From a virus: DNA of 64,000 nucleotides. Position 1 is the first letter of the stretch. Every line of letters begins with the position of its first letter. Shown piece by piece: positions 41,495 to 50,735 of the stretch. Below the pieces are notes generated by a model. It had not been told where the DNA came from and searched no databases. It saw nothing but the letters and a program-made list of their open reading frames with translations. The position numbers and the translations under genes were made by a program. The stretch is taken from IMG/VR virus record IMGVR_UViG_3300023174_000067, positions 1 to 64,000 of that record; one strand, 5' to 3'.

Positions 41495-41689
41495 TTAGTC
41501 TTTTTTTATGTTAGTTATACCTTTTTCGTGTCTTGGTTCATATGGACAATTTAAACATCGGTTTCCACAACAATGTCCTCTACTTAAATGATAGTCCTCA
41601 GTAAAAACTAATAAACCCTTTTCATTAAAATAATAATAAGAAGGGAGAAGTTTATCCTTCTCCCTAATTTTTTGTTCTATGTTTTCCAT
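41495..41689 (-). CDS. Small Cys-rich DUF5522-like protein
   Basis: YYFNEKGLLVFTEDYHLSRGHCCGNRCLNCPY; start reassigned to MENIEQ, just after the RNR stop. Confidence 0.75.
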   Translation of the reverse strand: MENIEQKIREKDKLLPSYYYFNEKGLLVFTEDYHLSRGHCCGNRCLNCPYEPRHEKGITNIKKD

Positions 41690-41690
41690 A

Positions 41691-43559
41691 TTATTTAATC
41701 TCACATCCCGCAGCTCCACAAGCGATTTCACCGCTTAAATCAGTATTATCTTGTAATTCTACAATCTTACTTAAATCAATACTGTGTAATGATTTAAACA
41801 TTCTTTCAAATGTCTCTTTATCACAATCCTCAAAAGGGGCTTGTTTATAAGAATGGTCAGAATAGGGTAATACCGAAAGACCATTATAGAAATCACGATT
41901 ATTCCAAAACCACTCACCAGCTAATTCCCAATCTTCAGGTTTTAAACTTACGGTTGCCGATACGTTATGAGTATTTGAACCACTTCTGTGTCCAGGTCTA
42001 ACCCATTCTTGAGTAATCTTTTTGATTCTATCAAGAAGTTGGAATGGACTTTCAGTTCTTAAAATTGCTCCTTCTGGTGCCTTTTGTGGTACTGAGATAA
42101 CCGCTGTGTCGTGTGGACGGAAATATTCGTCCTCAACAAGTTCAGGGTGATTAATCGCAAGATAATTATAAATTGCTTCATTCTTACCTACACGAACTCT
42201 TCTAACGTAGTAATCATTATGCCATGCGTGGATACCACTTGATGTACCTAATGTTAATGATGTAGTACCTGCTGGTTTAACAGTTGTTGTTCTTGCTGAT
42301 TTGTTAATCCCGATAAGTTCCGCAACTCTTGAGTTTTCTTCTTTAACAAGATTTGCAGCTTCTTTCATATCATATCCAAGAACTACACCTGAACCAATAC
42401 CTGTCATAGATACCCCGATAAGAGCCTCTTTCTCAGTTGTTCTTTTCCAAACATCACGAAGATAATGGAAGTCAGTATAACCCGCTTGTAATGTTCCGAT
42501 GAACGCCGCTGCTTTAACACGATTGTTCAAATCTTCTTGTGATTCGATGTCAGATACATTTACCTCACAAAGATTACAGAATTGATTTGGACGAAGTGCA
42601 ATTTCACAACAAGGATTAGTACCCCAATCTTTATCATTTGTAAAATAGATTCCTGGTTCACCTGCTCCTGAAGCCTCAACTCTTTTCCATAAGTCCATGA
42701 AGAACTCTTTGGTAATTTTGTGTCTTACAAGTGCCGCTGAGTTATTAGCTCTTCCTCTTTGTGGATTATTCTCCCACCATGCACCTGCTTTACAAGCAAT
42801 CATTTCGTGGTCATCTGCACTGAACAATGAGATAAGTGCAGCTCTTCTAATTCCACCCGCAAGAACTGCATCTGCGATATGACAAACCATATCATGAACC
42901 TCAATAGGACTTAATTTATCACCATCTTCTCTTGCTTCTAACATTCCTTGTAGTTTGTGAAGACAATCTTTAAGTGGTTGAGGACCTGGTGCTTTACCAC
43001 CTGATGTTACAAGTTGAGCCCCTTTTGGTCTGATATCTGAGAAATCAAATTCAGGCATTGACAACTGTTCTCCGAAATAAGATTTGAACAACACTTTGAT
43101 TGCGTCAGCCCATCCTTCAATAGAATCTCCAATTAAAAATCTTCTTTTTCTGTTTGGGTTTGGTTTTCTGATTTCAGGTAATCTCTCAACATGATGTTTT
43201 TGTACTGAGTACCCGACACCTGTTCCACCCAAAAGTAAAAACATTGACTCCGCAAATGCGTCCAAATGGTCTATAGGTAGGTAAGCACAATTATAAATTC
43301 TGTTTGGAGAAATTTCGATTGGTTTTCCACCAAATTGCATCGACCTCATTGAGGGTAATACTTTTTTATCATACACATATTTGTATACCTCAACAATCTC
43401 ACTTCCGAGTTTTGGGTATTTTTTAATGTGCATATTCATGTTTCTGGTTACTAATTCTTCCCAAGTTTCTCTTCTATCAAGTTCGGGTAAAAATTTGGCG
43501 TATTTCATATACACCGTAATGTCAGACAATATCTTCTGAGATGCGTCCATTTTGTTCAT
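41691..43559 (-). CDS. nrdJ: Class II (adenosylcobalamin-dependent) ribonucleotide reductase, monomeric type
   Basis: RRETWEE, LPSMRSMQFGG, IYNCAY, GGIRRAALISL, TNPCCEI, FCNLCEVN, TVKPAGT, C-terminal CGAAGCEI; no beta subunit nearby. Confidence 0.9.
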   Translation of the reverse strand: MNKMDASQKILSDITVYMKYAKFLPELDRRETWEELVTRNMNMHIKKYPKLGSEIVEVYKYVYDKKVLPSMRSMQFGGKPIEISPNRIYNCAYLPIDHLDAFAESMFLLLGGTGVGYSVQKHHVERLPEIRKPNPNRKRRFLIGDSIEGWADAIKVLFKSYFGEQLSMPEFDFSDIRPKGAQLVTSGGKAPGPQPLKDCLHKLQGMLEAREDGDKLSPIEVHDMVCHIADAVLAGGIRRAALISLFSADDHEMIACKAGAWWENNPQRGRANNSAALVRHKITKEFFMDLWKRVEASGAGEPGIYFTNDKDWGTNPCCEIALRPNQFCNLCEVNVSDIESQEDLNNRVKAAAFIGTLQAGYTDFHYLRDVWKRTTEKEALIGVSMTGIGSGVVLGYDMKEAANLVKEENSRVAELIGINKSARTTTVKPAGTTSLTLGTSSGIHAWHNDYYVRRVRVGKNEAIYNYLAINHPELVEDEYFRPHDTAVISVPQKAPEGAILRTESPFQLLDRIKKITQEWVRPGHRSGSNTHNVSATVSLKPEDWELAGEWFWNNRDFYNGLSVLPYSDHSYKQAPFEDCDKETFERMFKSLHSIDLSKIVELQDNTDLSGEIACGAAGCEIK

Positions 43560-43573
43560 TTTTCGTTTTTAGT

Positions 43574-44956
43574 TTATTTGTTTTGTGATTCTCTTTGTTT
43601 TCTCTTCTCCAATAACTCTTTAACTCTGTTCTTTTGTTGTTCTTCTTTGTTTTCTTCAAACCCTAAGAATGTTACGGAACTTTCGGTATCAATAACCAAC
43701 AGTTCATTATCAAATTTACAGTTCTCAAAGATAATTCCATCGGAGCCAATACGAGATTTTGTGATAGCGATTGTCGCCAATTTCATTTCTTTTTGCTGTA
43801 GAGTTTTAGCGACTGAAATGATAACATGTCCAACTTGAGCTTTTTTAATGGAGCCACCCATTTGGTCTGTGGTAACGACCTCAGAAGATATTGAACTTCT
43901 GTTACCTTGTGTTGCGGTCCAACCTACGATATTAAGTTCATGACACATAGCCTCAAACCCTCTCATAACTGAACCTTCACTTTTCCACTCATCACCAAGA
44001 TTTTTATCAGGGACAACACAATCAATATAGTCCAAAAGAACCATATCAATTTTATTACCCTCAGCAATCATCTTTCTTAGTTGGTTTTTAATTTGTAACA
44101 TAGTCATTGTGTCTGACGGTAACTTTTTAAGTACTAACTTATTTGGCATCGTTTCTTTGATTTCAGTAATTTTTTTCATTACTTCGTCTTTCTTATTGGC
44201 CAATTCATCAGGAGAAATTCCCGTCCACAATGTAAAATGTTTTCTTTGTATAATCTTTGGGTTGTCCTCAAAAAATATTTGAAGAACATTATATCCAAGA
44301 TTAAATGCGTGGTTTGCAACTTTTGTAAGTAATGTTGATTTACCTACACCCGTTGGGGCTAATATCACACCAATCTCTCCTTTAGCTAAACCACCCTTAA
44401 GTAGTTTGTCTATAGATGGTATCCCCATCGGTACTGGATGTCTAAAATCGTCATTTAACACTTCATCAAGATTGTGGAACACATCCTCAGTTCCTTTATC
44501 AACCTCTCCAACCTGTAAAGCTTCTCTAACCATCTCTTCTAACGTATCGTAATTCTCAAACTCTCCACCATCAATAATCTTTTGAGCTTTACCCATTACT
44601 TTCTGTAACTCTTGTTGTTTACAGAACTTTAATGCCTTTTCCTGAACAAACGTCACACCTTCAAACGGTGCCTCTTTCACTTGCTTAATTGTATCTAAAA
44701 CAATCTTTGCCGCAAGTTCTTGTGAAATTTCTGACTTAGCGATTTGTTCCAAAGTATCAAACGATGGTGTTGATTCATACTTCTTATAATACTCTCTAAT
44801 CATCTGTATGATGATTTTAAAGTATTTATTTTCGAAGTAATGTTGTTCAATAACATCTATTATTGAACGAGAAAATTCTTTATCTAAAACAAGTTGATTA
44901 AGAAGTTGGATTTGAAAGGTGTTACCTAAATAATTAAAATTTTTGTCAGAATTCAT
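43574..44956 (-). CDS. DnaB/gp41-like replicative helicase
   Basis: GGLAKGE, Walker A APTGVGKS, LLDYID, WTATQGNR, KSRIG. Confidence 0.92.
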   Translation of the reverse strand: MNSDKNFNYLGNTFQIQLLNQLVLDKEFSRSIIDVIEQHYFENKYFKIIIQMIREYYKKYESTPSFDTLEQIAKSEISQELAAKIVLDTIKQVKEAPFEGVTFVQEKALKFCKQQELQKVMGKAQKIIDGGEFENYDTLEEMVREALQVGEVDKGTEDVFHNLDEVLNDDFRHPVPMGIPSIDKLLKGGLAKGEIGVILAPTGVGKSTLLTKVANHAFNLGYNVLQIFFEDNPKIIQRKHFTLWTGISPDELANKKDEVMKKITEIKETMPNKLVLKKLPSDTMTMLQIKNQLRKMIAEGNKIDMVLLDYIDCVVPDKNLGDEWKSEGSVMRGFEAMCHELNIVGWTATQGNRSSISSEVVTTDQMGGSIKKAQVGHVIISVAKTLQQKEMKLATIAITKSRIGSDGIIFENCKFDNELLVIDTESSVTFLGFEENKEEQQKNRVKELLEKRKQRESQNK

Positions 44957-44978
44957 GCAATTTGTCTTTATGTAAATG

Positions 44979-44985
44979 ATAAATA
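44979..44985 (-). promoter_or_regulatory. TATTTAT upstream motif
   Basis: ataaata on +, upstream of the helicase ATG. Confidence 0.4.
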
Positions 44986-45438
44986 TTAGACCTCAAGCGG
45001 AAGTCCAAGGTATTCGTAAGTTAAATTTTCTTCTGAAAAAATGTCAGTCAAATCTTTAAGTATACTTTTCAAGTAAGGACGTACATCTACCGTATATCTA
45101 ATCTTAGGTGGATAAAGTTTAGCATCATACTGTCTATGACAAATTGTCTCATCTCCGACTTTGATGTACATGTTAAAATATTCAACATCATCTGTCATTG
45201 ATGTATTCATAACTTTTGGGTCTTGTTCAATAAATGATTTGTTGTCCATCATATAAACAACGGTTTTCCACTTCAAGTCATTTTGTAACTCATTTTTAAT
45301 TTGAAACATTAGGTCATAAAGTTCAAATGAGTTTTTAACTCTTGGATTGTAATCTCTAACATTGTAGAATCTTTGTACGATAATGATATCGTTAAGTGTT
45401 AACAAAAATTCCATTTTAGTAATGTCCATCTCTTTCAT
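44986..45438 (-). CDS. Hypothetical protein in the replication operon
   Basis: 150-aa ORF tightly packed between the exonuclease and helicase. Confidence 0.7.
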   Translation of the reverse strand: MKEMDITKMEFLLTLNDIIIVQRFYNVRDYNPRVKNSFELYDLMFQIKNELQNDLKWKTVVYMMDNKSFIEQDPKVMNTSMTDDVEYFNMYIKVGDETICHRQYDAKLYPPKIRYTVDVRPYLKSILKDLTDIFSEENLTYEYLGLPLEV

Positions 45439-45455
45439 GTTTTGTTTTTTTTTGG

Positions 45456-46445
45456 TTATTTTTTCTTTTCCTTTCGGGTTAATTTTAAAAATGGTTTAAG
45501 GAAATTAATCCAAGCGTTGTCATCTTTTGGCAAATACTTAAACAATCCGTCCTCCATCATCATCTTCATCAGATTTTTATATCCCCTATCTGTGGGGTCA
45601 ATTCTTTCTTTATAAACTTGTTCCACTAACTCTTTCGCATCATCTGTAACAAGTGGGTTTCCTAAATCTACAATTTTTAAATTATTAGTATAAAACTCTT
45701 CTCCAAGTATACCATTTTTTGAGTGTCCTGTCAAAATTTTACCAACAATTTTTGGAACTTTCTTTTCTTGCTGTAAAATCCTAGCATTATCTAATAATTC
45801 GGTAATACTGCAGGGTTTTGTCAACATCTGTGGGAATAACTTAACCAATGTCTTTTCACCAAGTCCATCAATACCTGATATGTTATCTGACTTATCACCA
45901 ACAAATACTTTTGTTAGTAATACATTTTGATGGGGGATGTCAACTTTGTTAAGTGATATCTTATCACCGAATTTATAGTATTCTTTCTTAATAGGAGAGT
46001 AAATTTGGACTCTTTCTGATATGAGCTGGGTTAAGTCCTTATCCGCCGAGAAGATGGTTATATTCTCATCTAATGCAATCTTACAGTATTGTCCGATTAA
46101 GTCATCGGCTTCATTATGGGGAACCTCGACTTGTCTTACAAATACTTCTTCCAAGTATTGTTTAACTCTTTGTCTTTGATTTAAGTAGGACTCATATTGT
46201 TCCTCACTCATCTCATTTCTTCTTTGTGCCTTATAGTTGGGGTATAATTCTTTTCTAACTGATGTATTGGACTCACTGTCCCAACAAACAATTACCTTGT
46301 CGTAATTTCTTTCTTCTAAATGTTTTCTGATTGTATTAATGAAATGATATATCCCTCCGATATGTTCATTCTTGTTAAATAAATCCCTAACTCCATTATA
46401 ACCTATCATATACAGGTTATTCCCATCAATTAAAAGTGTTTTCAC
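45456..46445 (-). CDS. 5'-3' exonuclease / flap nuclease (Pol I N-terminal, T4 RNase H-like)
   Basis: LLIDGNN, ELYPNYKAQR, EADDLIG, SADKDLTQL, GDKSDNISGIDGLGEKT; GTG start. Confidence 0.92.
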   Translation of the reverse strand: MKTLLIDGNNLYMIGYNGVRDLFNKNEHIGGIYHFINTIRKHLEERNYDKVIVCWDSESNTSVRKELYPNYKAQRRNEMSEEQYESYLNQRQRVKQYLEEVFVRQVEVPHNEADDLIGQYCKIALDENITIFSADKDLTQLISERVQIYSPIKKEYYKFGDKISLNKVDIPHQNVLLTKVFVGDKSDNISGIDGLGEKTLVKLFPQMLTKPCSITELLDNARILQQEKKVPKIVGKILTGHSKNGILGEEFYTNNLKIVDLGNPLVTDDAKELVEQVYKERIDPTDRGYKNLMKMMMEDGLFKYLPKDDNAWINFLKPFLKLTRKEKKK

Positions 46446-46516
46446 TTAACCATTTGTGAGGTGATAAAATATTGTTTCTAAATTAAGTATAGTTGTAAGT
46501 TATAGGTAAGTCAATT

Positions 46517-47632
46517 TTATTTTTTTTCTTTACCACTATCTTGAGTAGCATATTTAATACCCATAATTGTACCAACAATTGAAAATGCATTTGTTAACAA
46601 CACACTAAACATATTACTCCAAGTTGAGCCAATAATTTGTGTTTCCTTTCCCATCATAATTGCCGTCCAATATAACATAGTTGTTACGATTCCTACTCCT
46701 ACAATTACCGCTAATGCGCATTTAACAATGATTTTAATTAACTCACTTTGACTCTTTTTCATCACCACATCCAAATCATTCAAAGCCGCATTCTTTTCTA
46801 TTTCTATAGAATCTTTAAGTTTTTGTGAATTATCTAACTCTAATTTCAAGTCTTTTGTTAGTGTTTCTATTTTATTTTTACTGATAACGGTTTCAGTTAT
46901 ATCAGTAGCAATTTTGATTACACTTGTAACATTTCCCTTACTATCTAATATGGGATTATATGTGGCTTGTAAATAAATAACACTACCATCCACTTTTTTT
47001 CTCTCAACCACACCTTCAAAAAACTTACCACTTCTTAAGGTATCCCAAAATATTTTATACTCATCTGACTTTGAATACTCATAACTAACAAAGATACTAT
47101 GATGTCTCCCAACTATTTGATTTTTTTCGTTGGGTTTATATCCCATCGCTTGTAAAAATAAAGTATTTGCATCTAAAATGAAACCATCAACATTAAAAGT
47201 AATACTTGCCGTACTTCTGTTAATTGCTTCTAATTGTTTTTTACTATTCGCAATTGCCGTAATGTCAGTAGCAACTTTCATTATTTTAGTAATCTTACCA
47301 CTATCATCAAAAATAGGATTGTATGTCGCTTGTAAGTTGATAAGGGTACCATCTTTTTTTATTCTTTCAAATTCTCCTGAATAATACTTTCCACTTCTTA
47401 AAATGTCCCAAAACTTTTCATACTCCGATGACTTTGCGTAATCTTTACATACAAAGATACTATGGTGCTTACCAATAAGTTCATTATATTCATCAACACC
47501 ATATCCCATCGCCAACAAAAAAATGTCGTTTACACCCAAAATGATACCTCCTAGGTCAAAATAGATAATGGCATTACTTCTATTAATACCTTCAAGTCGG
47601 CTTAATAGTTCTTCTTTAGATAAGTTTTTCAT
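46517..47632 (-). CDS. Tandem PAS-PAC sensor protein with coiled coil and two C-terminal TM helices
   Basis: Two INRS.A.I.F...G.IL..N..FL.AMGY...GxHHSIFV...FWD.LRSG...LQATYNPI.D...K.ATDIT repeats (BdlA/chemoreceptor-type PAS); no MCP or kinase domain. Confidence 0.88.
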   Translation of the reverse strand: MKNLSKEELLSRLEGINRSNAIIYFDLGGIILGVNDIFLLAMGYGVDEYNELIGKHHSIFVCKDYAKSSEYEKFWDILRSGKYYSGEFERIKKDGTLINLQATYNPIFDDSGKITKIMKVATDITAIANSKKQLEAINRSTASITFNVDGFILDANTLFLQAMGYKPNEKNQIVGRHHSIFVSYEYSKSDEYKIFWDTLRSGKFFEGVVERKKVDGSVIYLQATYNPILDSKGNVTSVIKIATDITETVISKNKIETLTKDLKLELDNSQKLKDSIEIEKNAALNDLDVVMKKSQSELIKIIVKCALAVIVGVGIVTTMLYWTAIMMGKETQIIGSTWSNMFSVLLTNAFSIVGTIMGIKYATQDSGKEKK

Positions 47633-47644
47633 AGGTTGGTTTAC

Positions 47645-47652
47645 TATAAATA
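47645..47652 (-). promoter_or_regulatory. TATTTATA upstream motif
   Basis: tataaata on +, upstream of the PAS gene and downstream of the recA terminator. Confidence 0.55.
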
Positions 47653-47690
47653 TTTTGTAAAAAGTAAATAGTTAATAAAAAAAATAAATA

Positions 47691-47716
47691 AAAAAACCCT
47701 CCTTTATGGGGAGGGT
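47691..47716 (-). terminator. Intrinsic terminator after recA
   Basis: Minus strand AACCCTCC-CATAAA-GGAGGGTT followed by a T-tract. Confidence 0.8.
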
Positions 47717-47738
47717 TAATTTTGTTAAATTAATATTT

Positions 47739-48734
47739 CTATTCTGTTATTTCTACTTCTTCTGATTCTTCTAATGATAATTCACCATCACCTGATAATA
47801 TTGCATTCCAATATTGTGAGTAATCTTTTTTGTATTTTTCCAAATCTTCTTTGGTATCTTGAATATATCCGTTATGAACGGCTATTACTTTTCCATCCTT
47901 GTACCCCAAACCATTTACGTGGTTTTTAAGGATTGATACTTTTGTTCTAATAGCGTAAGATACTGTTCTACCATTCTTGGTTGCAGTAATGTGATTGATA
48001 CCTGCGTTCTTTTGATTACCAAATAAGAACACCAATGATGACGCCAACCATAAAGCCTCACCACCCTTCGCCTTAATTGTAGGTTGTCCAAATGGATTGT
48101 CAGGTAACTCAACCCAAGGCTGATTAACTACAACCATTGAGTTATAATACGGATAATCTTCTTTCTTTGATTTGGTGATTCTTGAATGAACTCCCATACC
48201 AATCTTATCCGCCAATGTAGCCGCATTATGTTGTTTGCCGCCCTTACCATCGAATGTCATTTTACATGGAATAGAACCAACTGAATCCCATAAGAATAAT
48301 AAGTTATACGGAACCTCACCTTTTTCTTGAGCATCCAACACTTCATTAATAAAGTCAGTAACCTGCTCAATATAATCAAATGAATCATTAAAGATAAAAT
48401 CCCCATCCCACTCTCCGTTTTCATTCTTTGTTGCTTGTAATCCTAACTCAACTGCGTGGTCCCAACTCCATTTCTTTTCTGTAATAATGAATACAGGTAA
48501 ATGCCCTTTCTTTTGAGCATCCGCGGCTGCAAGTATCATCGCGGTTGTCTTACTACTATTACTATGTCCCAAGAACATATTAATACCTCCCATTACAGGA
48601 CCTGGTATTCCACAAGCATTATGGAACGCTTCACCACAATTGTAGTAGTTTGTTTCTTTATATTTTGTTTTGGTTGAGAACTTATCTTTTATATTCCCAA
48701 TTCCGCCAATATCTTTTTTCTTAATTCCTGCCAT
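47739..48734 (-). CDS. RecA/UvsX-like recombinase
   Basis: Divergent Walker A GHSNSSKT, LFLWDSVGS, VVVNQ, KGGEAL, KNHVNG; start reassigned to MAGIKKK to avoid overlap. Confidence 0.88.
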   Translation of the reverse strand: MAGIKKKDIGGIGNIKDKFSTKTKYKETNYYNCGEAFHNACGIPGPVMGGINMFLGHSNSSKTTAMILAAADAQKKGHLPVFIITEKKWSWDHAVELGLQATKNENGEWDGDFIFNDSFDYIEQVTDFINEVLDAQEKGEVPYNLLFLWDSVGSIPCKMTFDGKGGKQHNAATLADKIGMGVHSRITKSKKEDYPYYNSMVVVNQPWVELPDNPFGQPTIKAKGGEALWLASSLVFLFGNQKNAGINHITATKNGRTVSYAIRTKVSILKNHVNGLGYKDGKVIAVHNGYIQDTKEDLEKYKKDYSQYWNAILSGDGELSLEESEEVEITE

Positions 48735-48747
48735 AAATTTTACTATT

Positions 48748-49491
48748 TTACATTCTAAATATAGTAAAAGTATTTGAATTATCCAATAGTATTGCGGTTC
48801 TATTTTCAACCCAATCTCCTGAATTTAGATAATGACCGTCTTCAGTCATCGTGTTTGAAGGTTGGTGTATGTGTCCACATATAACACCATAACACCCTTT
48901 TTTGTGAGCCATCTTTACGGCTTCGGATTCAAAATCATTTATAAAGTTTGTAGCAGTTTTGACCCCATTTTTAATTTCTTGTGATATTGACTTATATGGT
49001 AATTTCCTCCACGCTCTATATCTATTATACCACCTATTTAACCACAACGCCATATCGTATCCAACCGAACCAATTTTTGCCAACCATTTATATTTGGTAA
49101 TAAAAACATCTATCTTATCTCCGTGAAAAACATAATAATGTTTCTTAACAAAAAAATCATCCGTTGTATTATCATATAACTCCAAAACATAATCTTCCCT
49201 AACTTCAATCTTACCCAAATCAATATCCATAAATTCGGTTAAAAATTCATCGTGGTTTCCCCTAATCCATATAACCTTTGTTTTTTTTGATAACTTTAAA
49301 AGTTTTGTAATAACTTTTGTGTGAGTGTTCTTCCACTTAGAACCTCGTTTAAGCGCCCACCCATCAACAATGTCGCCATTTAATATTAATAAATCGGTGG
49401 GGTGAGAATCAATAAACTCAATAAACTCTTTTGCTTTTGAGTCCTTTGTTCCGAGATGCAAATCAGAAACAATTATTGCTTTATATTTCAT
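48748..49491 (-). CDS. Calcineurin-like metallophosphoesterase, LpxH-like (UDP-2,3-diacylglucosamine diphosphatase family)
   Basis: SDLHLG, LNGDIVDGW, RGNHD, HGD, CGHIH, YLNSGDWVE; start MKYKAII (ATG 49491). Confidence 0.88.
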   Translation of the reverse strand: MKYKAIIVSDLHLGTKDSKAKEFIEFIDSHPTDLLILNGDIVDGWALKRGSKWKNTHTKVITKLLKLSKKTKVIWIRGNHDEFLTEFMDIDLGKIEVREDYVLELYDNTTDDFFVKKHYYVFHGDKIDVFITKYKWLAKIGSVGYDMALWLNRWYNRYRAWRKLPYKSISQEIKNGVKTATNFINDFESEAVKMAHKKGCYGVICGHIHQPSNTMTEDGHYLNSGDWVENRTAILLDNSNTFTIFRM

Positions 49492-49580
49492 ATCCCACAA
49501 ATTAATTTTGTAAGGATTATTAGTGTTGCGGCAGTTGATACAACAATAAACTCAAAATTAATATCTACTTTTTTTTTCAT
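49488..49580 (-). CDS. 30-aa putative single-TM peptide
   Basis: Not in the track. MKKKVDINFEFIVVSTAATLIILTKLICGI*; ATGA overlap with both the GT2 stop and the phosphoesterase start. Confidence 0.55.
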   Translation of the reverse strand: MKKKVDINFEFIVVSTAATLIILTKLICGI

Positions 49581-50275
49581 ATCCAATAATTAAAATCCTG
49601 TTTAAAAAACTCATCGTTATTCCTATTCCACCAACACATAACCATAAGTTTTATCATATACCATAAACCTTTTTTCTCAAATCTTCTAGAAGGAGTATAA
49701 ACAAAAAGATTCTCCACTCTAAATTTATTTGGTACAATCTTAGAACTAAGATGGTAGTCCTCGGCAATTTTATCTTCATTATTAAATCCATTTAATTTAT
49801 TAAAGGTGTCGGTCTTAAACAACATAAATCCACCTAAAGCAAATGGTGTTGTTTTTGAACTAAACCATTGTATAACATTAAATATTTTATAAATCCAATC
49901 AAACTTACCATCTATTGTTTTAAACTTACAGGTCATCAAATCATACCTTCCTATTATCATTTTATTCAAACATTTAACAATTAAATCATCTTGTTTAATA
50001 TGAATATCCGCATCCAAAAATAAAACATAAGGCGTCTTGACTAACTCAGCTCCTTTGTTTCTAGCAACTGATGGTAATCCACCACTAATTATCTTTATCT
50101 GTTCTTTATATTTTTCTTGGAATTCATTAAGTAAAATAATACTTTCTTTATCAGTAGATGAGTCCGCAATAATTATTTTGAACTTTTCGGTTTGACTTAA
50201 AATAAAAATGAGGGTCTCAATTATAAGAGAACCCTCATTTTTACAAGGTATCACTATTGTAATATTTTTATTCAT
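49577..50275 (-). CDS. Family 2 glycosyltransferase
   Basis: IVIPCKNE, IIIADSSTD, ARNKGA, FLDAD, GFNNEDKIAED. Confidence 0.9.
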   Translation of the reverse strand: MNKNITIVIPCKNEGSLIIETLIFILSQTEKFKIIIADSSTDKESIILLNEFQEKYKEQIKIISGGLPSVARNKGAELVKTPYVLFLDADIHIKQDDLIVKCLNKMIIGRYDLMTCKFKTIDGKFDWIYKIFNVIQWFSSKTTPFALGGFMLFKTDTFNKLNGFNNEDKIAEDYHLSSKIVPNKFRVENLFVYTPSRRFEKKGLWYMIKLMVMCWWNRNNDEFFKQDFNYWI

Positions 50276-50279
50276 CTAA

Positions 50280-50287
50280 TATAAATA
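50280..50287 (-). promoter_or_regulatory. TATTTATA upstream motif
   Basis: 4 nt before the GT2 ATG. Confidence 0.55.
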
Positions 50288-50312
50288 TTACATAAAAAAC
50301 TTAATAATTTTT

Positions 50313-50681
50313 TTATATGAACTTAACGTTATAATAAATTTGATTGTTAATTGGTTTTGAACAATAAACTAAAACTTTTAATCCTAAATTAATTCGATTT
50401 TGAATATTAGTTATTGTTTCATATTCATTGATTATATATGGAATATCATTATACCTTATATTGTTTGATTGAGTTATTAATATGTTCTCATTATCAATGA
50501 TAGAATCTAATAAAATAATAGATTCGTCAACAAATTCTTTACTGTATAAAGAACTTTGTGTTTGTAACAAATAAGACATAGTATCTTGAAATCCTTGTCT
50601 CTTATAAAAATCTCTAGCAATACCAAGATTACTATTGTCCATAAAATAATTATCCTCTAATAAATCGATTATATTTGCCAT
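50313..50681 (-). CDS. Hypothetical protein
   Basis: Start MANIIDLL chosen because the track start (50717) lies inside the upstream hairpin. Confidence 0.6.
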   Translation of the reverse strand: MANIIDLLEDNYFMDNSNLGIARDFYKRQGFQDTMSYLLQTQSSLYSKEFVDESIILLDSIIDNENILITQSNNIRYNDIPYIINEYETITNIQNRINLGLKVLVYCSKPINNQIYYNVKFI

Positions 50682-50696
50682 ACTATTAATATTAAA

Positions 50697-50721
50697 ATGG
50701 GTGAGGACATACCTCACCCAT
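50697..50721 (-). terminator. Terminator-like hairpin after the SSB gene
   Basis: atgggtgagg-acata-cctcacccat, 10-bp stem; short T-tail on minus. Confidence 0.65.
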
Positions 50722-50735
50722 CATATTTTATTTAA

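Noticed and set aside
41691-48734. Inteins or introns in RNR, helicase or RecA
   Set aside because: Protein lengths are compact, motifs are contiguous, and no splice-junction or homing-endonuclease motifs are visible
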